Origin: the human T2T-CHM13v2.0 reference genome, Homo sapiens
Strand: one strand, 5' to 3'
DNA length: 64,000 nucleotides
Assembly: GCF_009914755.1 (NCBI RefSeq)
Contig: NC_060931.1
Below are positions 1 through 13,860 of the stretch, in pieces (position 1 is the stretch's first letter; each line of letters starts with the position of its first letter). Below the pieces are notes generated by a model. The model had not been told where the DNA came from. It saw only the letters and a list, made by a program, of their open reading frames with translations, and searched no databases. A program made the translations under genes and the position numbers.

Positions 1-18
1 CTTCTCTTAGTATCTGCG

Positions 19-380
19 ACATTCAATTAGCCTTTATTGAACACCTACTCTTTGCCAAGCATATAATCAACTTTTTATCCTCAAGGCTATTAGAGTCCCT
101 TGTAGAAGTGTGGGCACTGACCAACTTCCTGACACATGAGTACAGTGAACCGTGATGTATGCCATAAATGGGAGGGGTGTGTGCTTGCTCAGAGGAGGAA
201 GCAATTACCCCTCCTTGTAGAAGGTCAGAGAAGCCTAAGCAGTGGCGGTTGAGCTGGGTCTTAAAGAGTGTATAGGAGTTCAGTGAAGGATAAGTGGATG
301 AGGATGAGGGTATTTCAGGTAGAGGAAAAAGACATAAAACAGCTCAGCATGGTCGAGGAACTGCAGGTGATTCTGCATGT
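19..380 (-). mobile_element. L2 LINE 3' fragment (degraded)
   Basis: ATTCAATTAGCCTTTATTGAACACCTACTCTTTGCCAAGC resembles the reverse complement of the L2 3' end; L2-like purine-rich body follows. Confidence 0.6.
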
Positions 381-1584
381 GTGCATCCCCTCAGTAACTC
401 AACAGCCCATGTAAATTGGGAGGCAGGAGCACTGTCCCACTGAGTTTCAAACAAAAGCCATTCCAAACTGCCAGATAAAATTCCAGTTTAAATTAGTGAA
501 ATTTGTGGTGAGACAGCCTGTGCACTGCAGATGCCTGTGGTCCTAGAAGATAAAGTCTATTTCCTTTTGAAGGACATACATGTAGATCAACATGGAAGGA
601 GTAGCCCTTGACCATCAGTGTATGACTCCATTGCATAGTGCTTGCTGCAGAATTGCCTTGCCTGTCAGATGACACAGCCAGTGCTGAGGTGAGCTGGTAT
701 CTACCCCGACCCTCCTTTGCCAGAAGTAAAGATGATGAGGGGGAGCCCCCTTACTGACCCTTGCTGGGGATGGATGGATGGGTGAAGGCTTCTGACAACA
801 GCCACCTTTCCCAATGAGGTCATGAGGACCTCAGTGCTGTATGATGGGGAAGGATATGGCTATTTTTGTACCATGGATAATAAAAGGGGAAAACCCTGCT
901 AATTTGACGTAAAAAAGATTCAAAGTCATAAATATCCCAAACTGAAAGCAAACCCCAGAAAGGCTAGTTTTGAAATTGGAGGTAATTAATTCCTCATGCG
1001 ATGTGCTGAAATTCAACCCAGACATCCCTTTTTTTTTTAAATTTCTTTCAGATAGTTTACAGTCCAGTGGAAAGTAAAACCATGCAATCCCTTGGTGTGG
1101 TACAGTTTTACTATGTGTCTCTTTTTATTATTTTGCTCATTTTGATCACTTTTTACGTGAACATGCATATAATGAATTCAGCTCCTCTTGTACATGAGAT
1201 TTATTTTACCCCAAGGATCTCTCCTCTCTCCATCGGTAGTCAAATTGTTAGTGCATTTCTCCATAAAAGAAAAGATCTGCAGACTAGAGCATCGAAGGTG
1301 AATGACGACATTAATTTGAAATTTGGATTTATTTTTAACTCAGAAAAAATGCTGCTGTTTTGCAAATGAAACTGGAGTTTAAAGTCAAATAATAAGGTTT
1401 AAACTCCATATTGAGGGAATCATAAACCTCCATATTGCCCTGACCTTTGAGGGTCTTGTTCTTAAACTCTCTTCTATAGTGAAGTCGAAAATCTTATTAA
1501 TTCCCAAATGTGGTGCTCATATTCTCAACTCCATACCTTTGCTTTATTCATCCTCCAAGGCTGGCATATCCTTACAGCCATTCT

Positions 1585-1610
1585 TTTTTTTTTTTTTTTT
1601 TTTTTTTTTT
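1585..1610. repeat. poly(T) tract
   Basis: run of ~26 T. Confidence 0.95.
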
Positions 1611-2949
1611 GGTCAGTTGGATTGTCCACTGCAATTAAGCTGTGCAAGAGCAAAATAAAATTTGTTTGTTTGTTTGTTTGTTTCTCTATAACTATCTCAT
1701 GCTCTGCAGGAACCTCTACCCTTCTAGGTAATAGGAAAGAAAAAGATAACTAAGTACATAATCCACCTTCAATCTTAGCCCCAGTAGTAATTTTTCTAGA
1801 GTCTCTGTAGGTAAACCTGTCTTTAATGATGATTGTTGAGCCTCTCTAATTTCCATTTCCTGTCCCCTGCTTGTCTTTAGATAGTGGCTGGCTGTGTGGA
1901 GTGGGCACAGCGCTTGCTCTCATGAGCCGGTCCCTGGATCTACATCAAGATGGTGCCTGGATCTGTGGATGGACTCTGGTCCTACCTTGGCCCCTGCTGC
2001 ACTGAAGCTCCTGGCATTTCCAGGGAGCCTTGCCCCTGTGTGTTATTGGCCTGTTTTTCTGATGTCTGCAGCCTGACAAACATGTCACCTGGTCTTTCTC
2101 AGCTGGGTGGCTCCTCTTTGTTGATTCAATGCCTCCTGGTCTTGCACCCACTCCCCGACTCAGATACTCTGCTTGGGCTCTTCCAGGAGATCAGTGTGCT
2201 CTGCCAGGTCCCAGGGCAGACCTGCTGGCTCTCAGCTTGGCACTGAGGAATGCTCTGGAGTAAACACTAGCCCTCCCCACCTGCTACATGCTCAGCCCTC
2301 TCCCCTCTGCCGTGTTGCCTCATGTCTCAGTCATTTCTGATTCCTCGTTACCTAGCAGAATGTCTGGCACTTTTGCTCAGTAAGATGCTTTTGAAATTGA
2401 ACTGGATTGTGAATTCCTTTCAGTGAGTGGTCCATGCTTTATTTGGCAAATAGATGCCAATGACTACTATTTTCTCGAAATTTTATAAAGTTAATTATTG
2501 ATACACCCAAAGCAGAGGGATCTTCTGATCCCCAAAGCCTGGCTTTCAGTGTTGTTTTAACCCTTCTAAAATCTCAAGTTTCTCTAATAAAAACCACGAT
2601 AGTCTGAAATGCTGGAATTTGGAATTTATGCCTTCCTAGAGTGCTGATACCGAAATTTTAAGGAATGTAGGGAAAAAAAGGAAATAAAAAGTCCCCCAGA
2701 GGTTGCTGGAATTTTTAGTTTTATTTGAACATATTTGGTGGGAGAAAGAAATGAGAGTTTGTGATTTACTTTCTTTCTGATTTCTTCTTTGCTGTTTTTT
2801 TTTTTTATTTCATCTGAGCACCTGTAGAAAAGTTTCCTTAGAGCACTCCTGTGTGGGGAAGTATCCAGTTTGAAAGCCAGGCCAAGGAGGTATCTTGACC
2901 ATTTGAGCAGAAAGACCTCTGAGGAAATGAACTTTCTCCTGTTGAGTTG

Positions 2950-3556
2950 TGTCAGGATGGAAAGGTGTGATTACTTTCCCCACCTATCATAAGGGTCATG
3001 GCTGACACTATTATAACAAAAGACAGATTAACAAGAGAAAAGCATAACAAATTTATTGAATCAAAGTTTTACGTGATGTGAGAGCCTTTAGAAATGAAGA
3101 CCCAAAACCCCAGGGAAAATTGTTTTTTATGCTTAGGTTCCATGAAGAATGGATAGCCATGTAGAACTGTGATGGGACAAAAGGTGTGACCTCATGGCAA
3201 TAGACCAAGGGGGGAACCCCAGCAAGGCCTGTCAGTTCAGATTCTTCCTGGCCTTTCTGTGTAGCATTCCTTCCCCCTGGGGATGGGGCAGGACCGAAGG
3301 GAGAAGGAAGAGAGTGACCTTGGTAGGTTTTCTGGCTTACTTTTGGGGAGAGGGGTTCTAGTTTTTATGACTCCACCTTGGGGAGGAGGAATTCTGGTTT
3401 CTGTGATTCACTTCAGAGGAGGAAGAGGGATGGGAGACAGGAGGATGGAGAAGGTCAGAGGGACCTTGCTTGTGAGACTTTTCTGATATCCTTCAGTTTG
3501 AAGTACTTAGCACACCAAAGAGCTGTCTTTGGAGTATCGTGCTCTGAGTCCCAGCA
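2950..3556 (-). mobile_element. ERV1 solo LTR, MER31/MER67-like
   Basis: TG...CA ends; ATAAGGGTCATGGCTGACACTATTATAACAAAAGACAGATTAACAAGAGAAAAGCATAACAAATTTATT matches remembered MER31/MER67-group sequence; near 4-bp TSD GTTG/TTTG. Confidence 0.7.
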
Positions 3557-6500
3557 TTTGTGAGGCCAGGTGGAAGAGAAGTGCTGGCTCATTAACTCAC
3601 ACAACTGTTTCTTGAGAGTCCTGTGTGTGTCTGGTGCTGTTTGATGCTCTGAGCAAAGGTTATCTTCAGAGAGAATGACTGTCCAAGATGCTGATGCCAC
3701 TCGGGATGATGAAGAGAGGTTGCAATGGGAGAAGGATGCAAACAGCCACCAGATGTTTGCTCAGAGGCCCACACTTAGACCTCAGAAGATTGTCAAGGGG
3801 TAATCTCGTGGCACAGAAGGCAAGAGACAAGTGCGTTGGTAACACTGTGCATGTCTTAGCTAAGTGTCTATGTTTACAGAGGTTTCCCTTAAAAGTTTCC
3901 TCTTCTGGCATTCTTTGTCAAGAGAATGTACTCTTTTCCTTCACTGCTGTCTTTGTGACTTAAAGCTGTGGATGGTTTAACATTTTGAAGTTCAATTATA
4001 GATAGGAAACCAATGTTGAAATTGGAAACTGATCTAGAGGAATCCTTTTGATTCAGATGTGCTATGTCCCTTTTAAATTTGTGTAAGTTTCTAGTAAGGG
4101 AGGTAAAGCATGATTTATTGTCATCACTGGGATTTCAGGACAGGTTTGGACATTCAAAATAATGTTCAAAAGTAATGAAGTCCCCTCATAACAATAATGT
4201 CTTCCTGACTGTTTATTTTAGGAGTATTTAATTTTTAATAATGATATTCTTTTTTGATTTTATGGCAGGTTAAGTGGCTTTAAATATGAACACATTTATT
4301 CCTTTTCAGCATAGCATTTCAAAGTTTAAAGTGAGCTGAGTTGTTAAAACTTCCAGTTTTTGTATGCTTAAATTTTTAAAACTATAGCGAAGCAGGAAAA
4401 TATAAAAATTTGGGTTCAATTTTCTTCCTGTGTATTATTATTTTCTCATATTATTTCCATTCAAAATGGTAAATTTGATTGGAAGTTCACATATGTGTGT
4501 GTGTGTTAGGACCTTTTGAGGAAGAAAATGAAAATTGGTAGGATGGTGGAAAGATGGGGGCAAGAGGATAGGAACTTTCTTACAGAGCAAGGAAGTAGGT
4601 GATTTAATTTGCTTCACAGTTGGTGTGCTGATAAAAAGGGGTTACTATTCATGAAATAGTAGATCTTTTGTATACGTTTCATCTTTATTATTTCAATTAT
4701 CTAAATGCACATGGTAAATGACACTGATTCATGTGCTTTGTGTGGGCAGGAGTTCAAAGGCCTCATCAGCAAAAGATCCGGGAACTGAGAGGGAACAGCC
4801 CCCACACTCACCCCGCTACATGTTGACTCTGTAATAAATTCGCTTCATCAAGCAACTCCATAACTTTTATGGGGAGAAATTAGGAGACTCAATTAACATC
4901 ATTATCTTCCTCCTTTGGGGCCCACTTTAAAGCTTGGCAAGCCTAAAAATGGCCTAGAAGGAATAGAATTTGGTGCTAACAGAGCGCTGCTGTTGAAGGG
5001 GCACAGAGTTTCAGTGAAAGCTCAGACCCAAAGCATAAATTATGATCACTTTAAGGGTAAGGGAGTAGAATTGGTTTGTTTCAAGGTGGAAGGATATGGC
5101 AAAGCTGTGTGGAAGGCTTGAATTGCACATGGAGAGCCCTGAATCCCCATTCCTGCTCTGCCCCAGACTGTGTGGCCGGCTGTTCCCCTTTCCGGACCTC
5201 AGGAGATAGGGCTTGGTAGAGCTTCTAAACTCTATCTACTTCCAGCCCAGAAAGGCCGTTTGTACAGGTAGGTGCATTCTGTAATGCTGTAGTGCAACCA
5301 ACTCAGCCTCAGATTTTATTTTCTTTGCGGTTTTGCTTAACCTGAGGGAACTTCATGGGGCTCCTACTGTGAAGTGTTAGTTCCATCAACACTGAGGGCC
5401 AACATCACATGCTGATAGCTAGTGGGCTGGTCAGTGCTGGTGGGGACCAGCCCTTCTCCTCACTCAGATTTACTGTTCTTCAGGCTTTATTATAATGCCA
5501 TTATTGGCATCTCCAGTGGGCTCTGGGATACAGAACCCATGGGTCAGAGTTCAGTCCTATCTCCTCACTCTGAGCAACATGAAGCAATTTAATTCCCAGC
5601 AGGCATCATGTCTGCTCATGACGAACAGCATGGCAGATGACTGATGTGGAACTGGTACCTACATCATTCAATTATCTATCTTCAAACAGATTTTAAACCC
5701 TGTTAGAATAATGTAAATTTGAATTTTAGCAGTTTCATTCCAGACTATTTTATTTTTTTGAAATTTTTTTCCCTATTATTTTAAATCGCAAAGCAAATAA
5801 ACCGTCAGTCTGAGATTTTGCTAAAAATGTTTTGGCATTTTGAGCTTGTTTTTTTCAATAAAGTTAGGAGACATTCTTTGCCAAAACAGACACTGAAGTT
5901 TGTTGTGAAAGTCATTAAAATATAATTTAAGCCTAGTGCTGTTTTGAGTCATTTGGAATTGTTTGCACTTTTTCTCCAATGGTCCAGTTTCAAATTTAAT
6001 AAACTTGGAAAACTAGGTTGCCATCACCTATATGATCCTGAAAAATACTTTTGAAAGAAGTAATATCTCGCATATCCTATACAAATAGACCACAAATTTG
6101 GGCTCGTAATTTGATGATTTAATAGAAAAATCATTGTATTTTAAGTAACAGTTAATTAATCTAAGTAAATACTCTGATTGCCCATTGCTAAGTAGGCAGC
6201 AAGGAATATAAAATGCTAAGAGGTGAAACATACCATGAGCCTCAGTATTGCCAAGGACAGAAATCAAACATAGCAAACTCTTGATTCTGCAAATGATCAT
6301 CTCATACTGTCTCCTTTAAAACTTTTCTTTGCACTTGATTCTTCAAAGAGTGGGAGAAAGTATATATTTATAGATGAGAATAAACATCTAAATAAAATCT
6401 AAAAAGTGCAAAAGCAAGAGAATACAGGAATGTTGTATATTGATTCAGGTCTAACAAATACAAAACCAGTCATTGGTGAGGAAAGGATTTTGGCATGGTC

Positions 6501-7122
6501 TTTAGAATTCTTTTAAATATATGTTTCTATAAAGTTGGCTGTAGAAAACGTTTTCCTGTGGAACATAGTGTTAGAGGTGTACATTTTCAAAAGAGAAGGA
6601 AGGAAATAGTCCCACTATGCAATAAAAATCAGTGTTGAGATTGAAGCGACTTTTATAAATCACACGTTTTAGGATATACATTATACTTTCCCGCCTAATC
6701 GTTCTAACAGTCAAATATGTAGCAATGCAGGCACTGCATGGAAAATGAAAATAATTTACAATCAATTACATCCTCCCAAAGCTAAATCTTCGGATTGCCT
6801 CGAGTTTGACATGAGAGAGAATTTTGCTAAATTTAGCCTTTAAGATAAATAAATGACCCTTGTGGGGATTTCTAGCTTTTAGTTGCCTTTTGGTTCTAGT
6901 AGGAGCCATCTTGCGCTCCCTTGGTGCTGCTGAATTGTGTCTTCATCGGTCAGTGGGATCTGTTGTGACTTCCTTTTTAAGAGTCTACTTGTTACTGTAA
7001 TCTCAGGTTTCTGAACAGTGGGTTTCCCTTGTTAAGCAGGGGTCGTTGCATGAAGAAAGTGGCTACTCATATTTTCTTATTCTCTCCTTCACTCCCAGGA
7101 AACAGGAAAGAGTGGTAGAGTC

Positions 7123-7215
7123 TCATCCATTCAACAAATATTTGTTGAGCATCTGTAGGTTCCAGGTATGGTGCTAGATGCTAGGCATAGTCCTGGCACT
7201 CACAGAGCTTTCTGG
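7123..7215 (-). mobile_element. L2 3' end fragment
   Basis: CATTCAACAAATATTTGTTGAGCATCTGTAGGTTCCAGG. Confidence 0.7.
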
Positions 7216-8326
7216 AAAATATGACAGGCTAATAGTCTCTCCCAGGCTAAAAATCTTTCTTTTCAGAACACTGAAAAATACATATTCTCAATGTAAGTGG
7301 CCTAATAGCATAAGTAATGCTGTATTACTGATTGACCTTTAGCTATTTGTGCGGTGGATTGATACTAAACTAAGTGTATTTATTTTGGCCTATTCACTAT
7401 ATAATCTAACTAAGACATCTTTTACCTTTACATTTGGAGACAATTTAATGGAACTGACTAGTCTACAGCTGATTGGATATGTGCTCTGTCACGTTAGCTG
7501 CTGTCTTGAGAGTTTCAGTACCCACTGTAGGTCACAGTGAGAGGGTATCGTCTCTGTCCTCTGATATGAGAGTCACTGACACGCGTGGACTCTATAATGT
7601 GGTAATAAAGGGTAATGGGGATTTCTTCTGTGATGTAGACTTTTGGGCACTTCCAAATTAAGTGTCAGAATCCTTAACATGTTTTGGAGAAAGGAATATG
7701 AGCCAATAAATTAGATTAACTGTAAAAGGGATAATAACAGACCCACTTTATTCGGTGGATGTGAGTGTGACTGAGAGGACATATACCCAGGGCCTGGCTG
7801 GGGTGAGAGCTCAGGGGAAGGCCCAGGGTGGTGAGGCCTGGAGCTTTTGAAATTTGGGGGGGATCCCATAAGAAAAAGAAAAAATGCAAAAATCTGAATT
7901 AAAAATATAATAGATCTCCACAAATTCAAAAATGTTAAAAGCCAACCATTGTCACAAACATCATAACATCCAGAATGATATAATATTTGTATTAATTAAC
8001 TGCTGGATATCCAACCTCATTAATACATTTTCCCTATATTTTTGAGCTACGCACTCTTTGACTACCTCTTCACATGACAATTTCTGTTCGATTTTCTGTG
8101 GAGTGAGTAAGAAGATAATTTTGTTTTTCCTCTGGTGTGGTTGATCAGATTAACCTTTTTTGCTATTGATAATTTTCAAAAGTTTCTTTCTGCTTCACAA
8201 ATTGCTATTAGTAATGTCTTGTTAAATTTTAGAATTATTGTCAAATTTAGGAAAGCCTCTATCAAATCTGTTTTAAGGATCTCGAAGTGTTCTTGCATAG
8301 TAATGAAACCTAAGTATTTGAATTGA

Positions 8327-8707
<381 letters not shown>

Positions 8708-8754
8708 TAAGAATTATAAGTTTTATGTGATCTTCATCCATAGCAGTAATTTCA

Positions 8755-9104
<350 letters not shown>

Positions 9105-9260
9105 GGAAAACTCTTTCTGTATTTATATGAATCCATTCTTCTTGTTAGATGGAATATCAAATCTACGAACTTCTTCATGACTTCTATGCAATATACATCT
9201 CTCCTTCTTAAGGAATTACTGATTTTTGCGTGCTTTGAAAATGTTTTGGTTACAGTTTGC

Positions 9261-9562
9261 TTTTTTACTTCTTAAAGACAGGGTCTTGCTCTGTCACCCA
9301 GGCTGGAGTGCAATGGCGCTATCTTGGCTCACTGCATCCTTGACCTCCTGGGCTCAAGCAATCGTCCTGCCTTAGCCTCCTGAGTAGCTGGGACCCCAGG
9401 AACATGTCACCATGCCTGGGTAATTTTTTAAATTTTTTTATTGAGACAGGGTCTCGCTATGTTACCCAAGCAGCTGGTCTTGAACTCCTGGACTCAAGCG
9501 ATCCCCTGGCCTCGGCCTCCCAAAGTGTTGGGATTACAGACGTGAGCCACCGTGCCTGGACC
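9261..9562 (-). mobile_element. AluJ element
   Basis: AluJ diagnostics GACAGGGTCTTGCTCTG, TCCTGGGCTCAAGC, GGGTCTCGCTATGTT. Confidence 0.9.
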
Positions 9563-10013
9563 AATTTGTTTCTTTATGTCAAAACTGTTTCTATTGATTC
9601 CATCCAAAAATAAATGAGATGTCCTTACCTGGTGCATTTATAATTTATGTGGTGCATATTAAAACTTTCACTTTGATCAGCATTGGTGAGAAATGAAATT
9701 CTCTTACACATCTGATTGGAAGAACTTTCTGCTGAGTAGTTTCTGGCTCCGTATATTTTAAACCTTGTTTCTCCTCCACTACCCACATAGTTTATGTGCC
9801 AAGTGCCATGGTCTCGTTCCCATCACACATGACCCCTCTGGCCTTGCACCTTCATCTTATACAGGTGAATCAATAGAGAGCTGTGGAAGTTTTCCTGGAA
9901 AAACTTCCTACCAGGATATCTGGGAACTTAATTGCGCAGGGAAGTAACCATGAACCACATAACTATATTCCACTATAAACCCCAAACCAAATGTATTCAA
10001 TGTCCCCCTAGGC

Positions 10014-10242
10014 CAGTGGTTCTCAACGACTGGGAATTTTGCCCCACCACTGCCTCAGATATTTTTGGAAATGTCTAGAGACATTTTTGGTTGTCATGAC
10101 CATTTTGGATGGTGTTGGTACTGCTGAAATCGAGCAGGTGGAGGCCAGGGTGCCTGGAAACATCCTGTAGTGCACAGGGTAGCTCCAATAGAAAGGAGAA
10201 TCCAGCCCCAAATGCCAAGAGTGCCAAGGCTGAGGAACCCTG
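10014..10242 (+). mobile_element. MER20 (hAT-Charlie non-autonomous)
   Basis: CAGTGGTTCTCAAC...GGAAATGTCTAGAGACATTTTTGGTTGTCATGAC...GCTGAGGAACCCTG. Confidence 0.9.
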
Positions 10243-10849
10243 ACTGGAGGGGTACCCCAAAGGCCACAGCCACTCCAGTGTCCCCCGATGTGAGCAGAGC
10301 TGTGATGGAGGTAAAAGTGGAAGTGACTGCAGTTATCATTGATTACAGTTAAAATAGTTTGCTTTTGCAAATATTGGGAAACATCAACCACACGGACATG
10401 AACACCTTGCTAGGGGGTTAGGGGCTTTGAAGAGGCCAGTGGAAGTGAGGTGTCCTGAAGCTTTGGCTTCATTCATTTTATAGTAATAACGTTTTAAGCC
10501 TCTTTGGTGCTTTACGTTGGATTCTTTCTCCCTTCCCTACGTCCTCCAAAGATACAATGTGAGTTGTGCAGATAAGATGGTAAAAGCCCACTAAGCACTG
10601 AGCTGGGAGACTTTGCCATTTTTCCAACTGCATAACGACCTGCTGCAGGTGGGAGAGGCCGCAGCTGGTCTTCCCTTTTCACCTGAAGTCCTGACCTCTC
10701 CCAGTTTTCACACAGGCCCTGCTTCTGGGGGATGGTGCTGGTTTCTTTGCTGAGATGTTGGCCTGTTATGTTTTCCTTCACCATATGTTTCCGCAAATGT
10801 ATTGTCTTTATTATGTCTGAATCCACAGTAGCTCTTTAAAATAATGCTT

Positions 10850-11003
10850 TTCCCCTTCTGTTGATAAAAGCAGTTGTGCATATGGAAGAAAATTTAGAAA
10901 GTGCAGAAAATATAAAGAAAATAAAAGCATCCTATAAATCATTAAAATTAGTATCACTGATTAACAATTTGATCTATGTATTTCCTTCTAATCATTTTCT
11001 GGG

Positions 11004-11045
<42 letters not shown>

Positions 11046-11380
11046 TGTATCAAGTTTTCTGTCCTTTATCTCTTGTTTTATTTAACATATATCATACTTT
11101 CTCTGTCATTAAATATTTTTTGATACAGGTATTTTTTTATGACTATATAATATTCTACCCTATGACTGTATCATAATTTATAGAAACATTTCTCTTGTTA
11201 GATGTTATATTTACTCCCTGCCCCCCACATTTATAAATAATGCTGTAATGAACATCCTTGTACCTAATGCTTTGACCACATCTTGATTATTTTCTTAAAA
11301 TGAATTCCAAGAATTGGACTTCTGGGCCAAATATTGAACATTTAAGGTACTTGATCCCAATAACAAAATTAGCTTCCAGG
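10850..11380 (-). mobile_element. ancient L1 (L1ME/L1MC-type) 3' region
   Basis: ATAAATAATGCTGTAATGAACATCCTTGTAC and related L1M 3' motifs. Confidence 0.6.
11005..11045. repeat. interrupted (TG)n microsatellite
   Basis: seen directly. Confidence 0.95.
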
Positions 11381-11744
11381 CTACAACGTAATTTAAATTT
11401 GATTCCTGAAGTCATCTTGGTGTTAAGAGGAGGAATGTAAACCCATGATGTTTAATGAGAAAATCAGATCTCAACTGAAATAGCCATGATTAATGTACAA
11501 CATATTAAACTTTCCCGCCAGGAACGTGTAATGTTTGTTCTGAAGGTGGCTTTAGACACTTCCTCATTTTATGTGAGTCTAAACTGAAGCCTCTAGAGGC
11601 AAAATACTCACCTGAGGTTGCACAGTGGATTGGTGCAGGGATGAGATGAGAACCACTGATGCTAATGTCAGCAGAATATTGCTTGATTTTAAAATTGATC
11701 ACACTCTATATTTTGTGTGGTTTTCAGCTTTATCTGTTTGAACA

Positions 11745-11880
11745 TAGCAATCCCATAAAATAGGAAAGGCAAGAGTTATGATGGCCATTTTACAAATGGG
11801 AAAACTGAGGCCCCAAGACCCTGAGAGCTTTTTGTGTAGCCCTACAGGTAGTGTGTTTGAGCCTGCAGGCAGGCTGGAAT
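11745..11880 (-). mobile_element. MIR
   Basis: core CCATTTTACAAATGGGAAAACTGAGGCCC. Confidence 0.75.
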
Positions 11881-11896
11881 CCTCTGTTCCATGATG

Positions 11897-12262
11897 CCAG
11901 CATCTGTGGTTTTCTGACTTTTTCATAATCGCCATTCTGATTGGCATGAGATGATATCTCATTGTGGTTTTGATTTGCATGTCTCTAACGATCAGTGATG
12001 TTGAGCTTTTTTTCATATGTATGTTGGCTGCATGAATGTCTTCTTTTGAGAAATGTCTATCCACATCCTTTTCCTATTTTGTAATGGGGTTTTTTTTTTT
12101 TTTTTTGTAAATTGGTTTAAGTTCCTTGTAGATTCTGGATATTAGACCTTTGTCAGATGGATAGATTGCAAGAATTTCCTCCCATTCTGTTCACTCTGAT
12201 GATAGTTTATTTTGCTGTGCAGAAGCTTTTAATTAGATCCCATTTGTCAATTTTTGCTTTTC
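11897..12262 (-). mobile_element. L1 (L1P-type) ORF2 C-terminal fragment
   Basis: ORF track MDRHFSKEDIHAANIHMKKSSTSLIVRDMQIKTTMRYHL matches the L1 ORF2p C-terminus. Confidence 0.9.
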
Positions 12263-12885
12263 CATGGTATTTTAAAAAAAATCCTCAAATGATTCCAGTG
12301 TGCGGCCAGCGTACAGAACATGGCACTGCACCTAAGATAGCTTAAGAATTCACCTCTCCTGCCACCTCTGATCATTTTGTAGTCTTGCCTGGAGCCTAGT
12401 GTTAAGAAGGATGCTGATGCCTTCTTGTCTTAGTGAGAAAGTGAGCTGGGACTCATTTTCTATAATGTCTGCCATGAACTAGACTGGGGAGGGACATCAA
12501 AACTGTCCTTGCTATCTTGGCATTACATCATATTGCCATTCTGTTTAGTTTCTAGAAAGTATATTCTCACTAAAAACACATAAAGACAAGGGCACAAACA
12601 GGGTTAGTGTGAGGGTATGACTGACAACCAGTCATGAAAGTCCTAAAGCAACTTGCTATGGCCTGCTAAGAATTTCAGGAATATTTTCCTAGCAGTGGTT
12701 ATCTTCAAGACAAATATGGATCAGGCACAGTATTGCCAGGTTATATTTTGGGATATGTCTCCACAGAACTCATGAACTGACCTTTTCTTTTGCTAGGCTT
12801 GGAATTGGTTCGGAAACCTTCCAAGATATATTCTAAACAAAATGGAAAAGTAAAGACAGAAAGCTGAGTGTGGCTTTCGGGGACT

Positions 12886-13375
12886 TGTATTAGTTTGCTA
12901 GGGTGATCATAATAAAATATCACAGACTTGTGGCTTCAACGACAGGACTTTTCTCACAGTTCTGCAAGCTGGAAGCCCAATGTCAAGGTGTCAGCAGAGC
13001 TGGTTTCTTCTGAGGCCTCTTTCCTCAGCTTGCAGCTGTCTGTCTTCTCGCTGTGTCCTCACGTAGGCTTTCCTCTGGGTGTATGCAACCCTGGTATCTC
13101 TTTGTGTGTCTGAATTTCCTCTTCTTATAGGGACACCAGTCAGGTTGGAATACAGCTCACCCTAATGAACTAATTTTAACTCACCTCTTTAAAGAGTCTA
13201 TCTCTGTATACATTCCCATTCTGAGCCACTGAGGGTTAGGGCTTCAATATGTGAATTTTAGGGAGACATAGTTCAGCCTACATAAAGATCCTACCTCTAT
13301 AAACATTCCCATTCTGAGCCACTGAGGTTTAGGGCTTCAATATGCGAATTTTAGAGAGACATAGTTCAGCCTACA
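12886..13375 (-). mobile_element. MaLR solo LTR (MLT1A/B-type) with a tandemly duplicated 5' end
   Basis: TGTATTAGTTTGCTAGGG...CTCTTCTTATAGGGACACCAGTCAGGTTGGA...GTTCAGCCTACA. Confidence 0.85.
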
Positions 13376-13443
13376 ATAGGCCCTTGTGAAGTGTTGAAAA
13401 CTAATGCCTGTCCTTGTTTATTAGGGGCTCAGGCTTTGGGTTG

Positions 13444-13675
13444 GGATGGTCTCAACCAGGGGCAGTTTATCCCCCCAGGGCATATTTGGCAATGTCTGGA
13501 GACATATTTGTTTGTCATAATTAGGATTAGGGGTTGCTAATAACATCTGGTGAATAGAGACCAGGGGTGCTGCTAAATGTCCCACAATGCACAGCACAGC
13601 CCCTCTGCCCCCAGTAACAGAGAATTATCAGGGCCACAATGTCCCTTGACATTTTGCTGAGGTGGAGAAATCCTG
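13444..13675 (+). mobile_element. MER20
   Basis: TCTCAACCAGGGGCAG...TTTGGCAATGTCTGGAGACAT...GAGGTGGAGAAATCCTG. Confidence 0.9.
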
Positions 13676-13689
13676 GGCTAAATAGACTG

Positions 13690-13860
13690 CAGTTTGAATC
13701 CCTGTGATGATACCTAATACAGGTGTGACTTTATAATATACTCCATCTTTATAAACACCCTCATCTGTAGAGTCCTCACAGTGGGTTAAATGAGATAATC
13801 TATTACAGCTTTTAGGACATAGCCTGACTCCTGGGAAGCTCTCAACAACCTTTAAGTGCA
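13690..13860 (+). mobile_element. MIR
   Basis: GTTTGAATCCC...CTCATCTGTA...GGTTAAATGAGATAAT. Confidence 0.6.
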
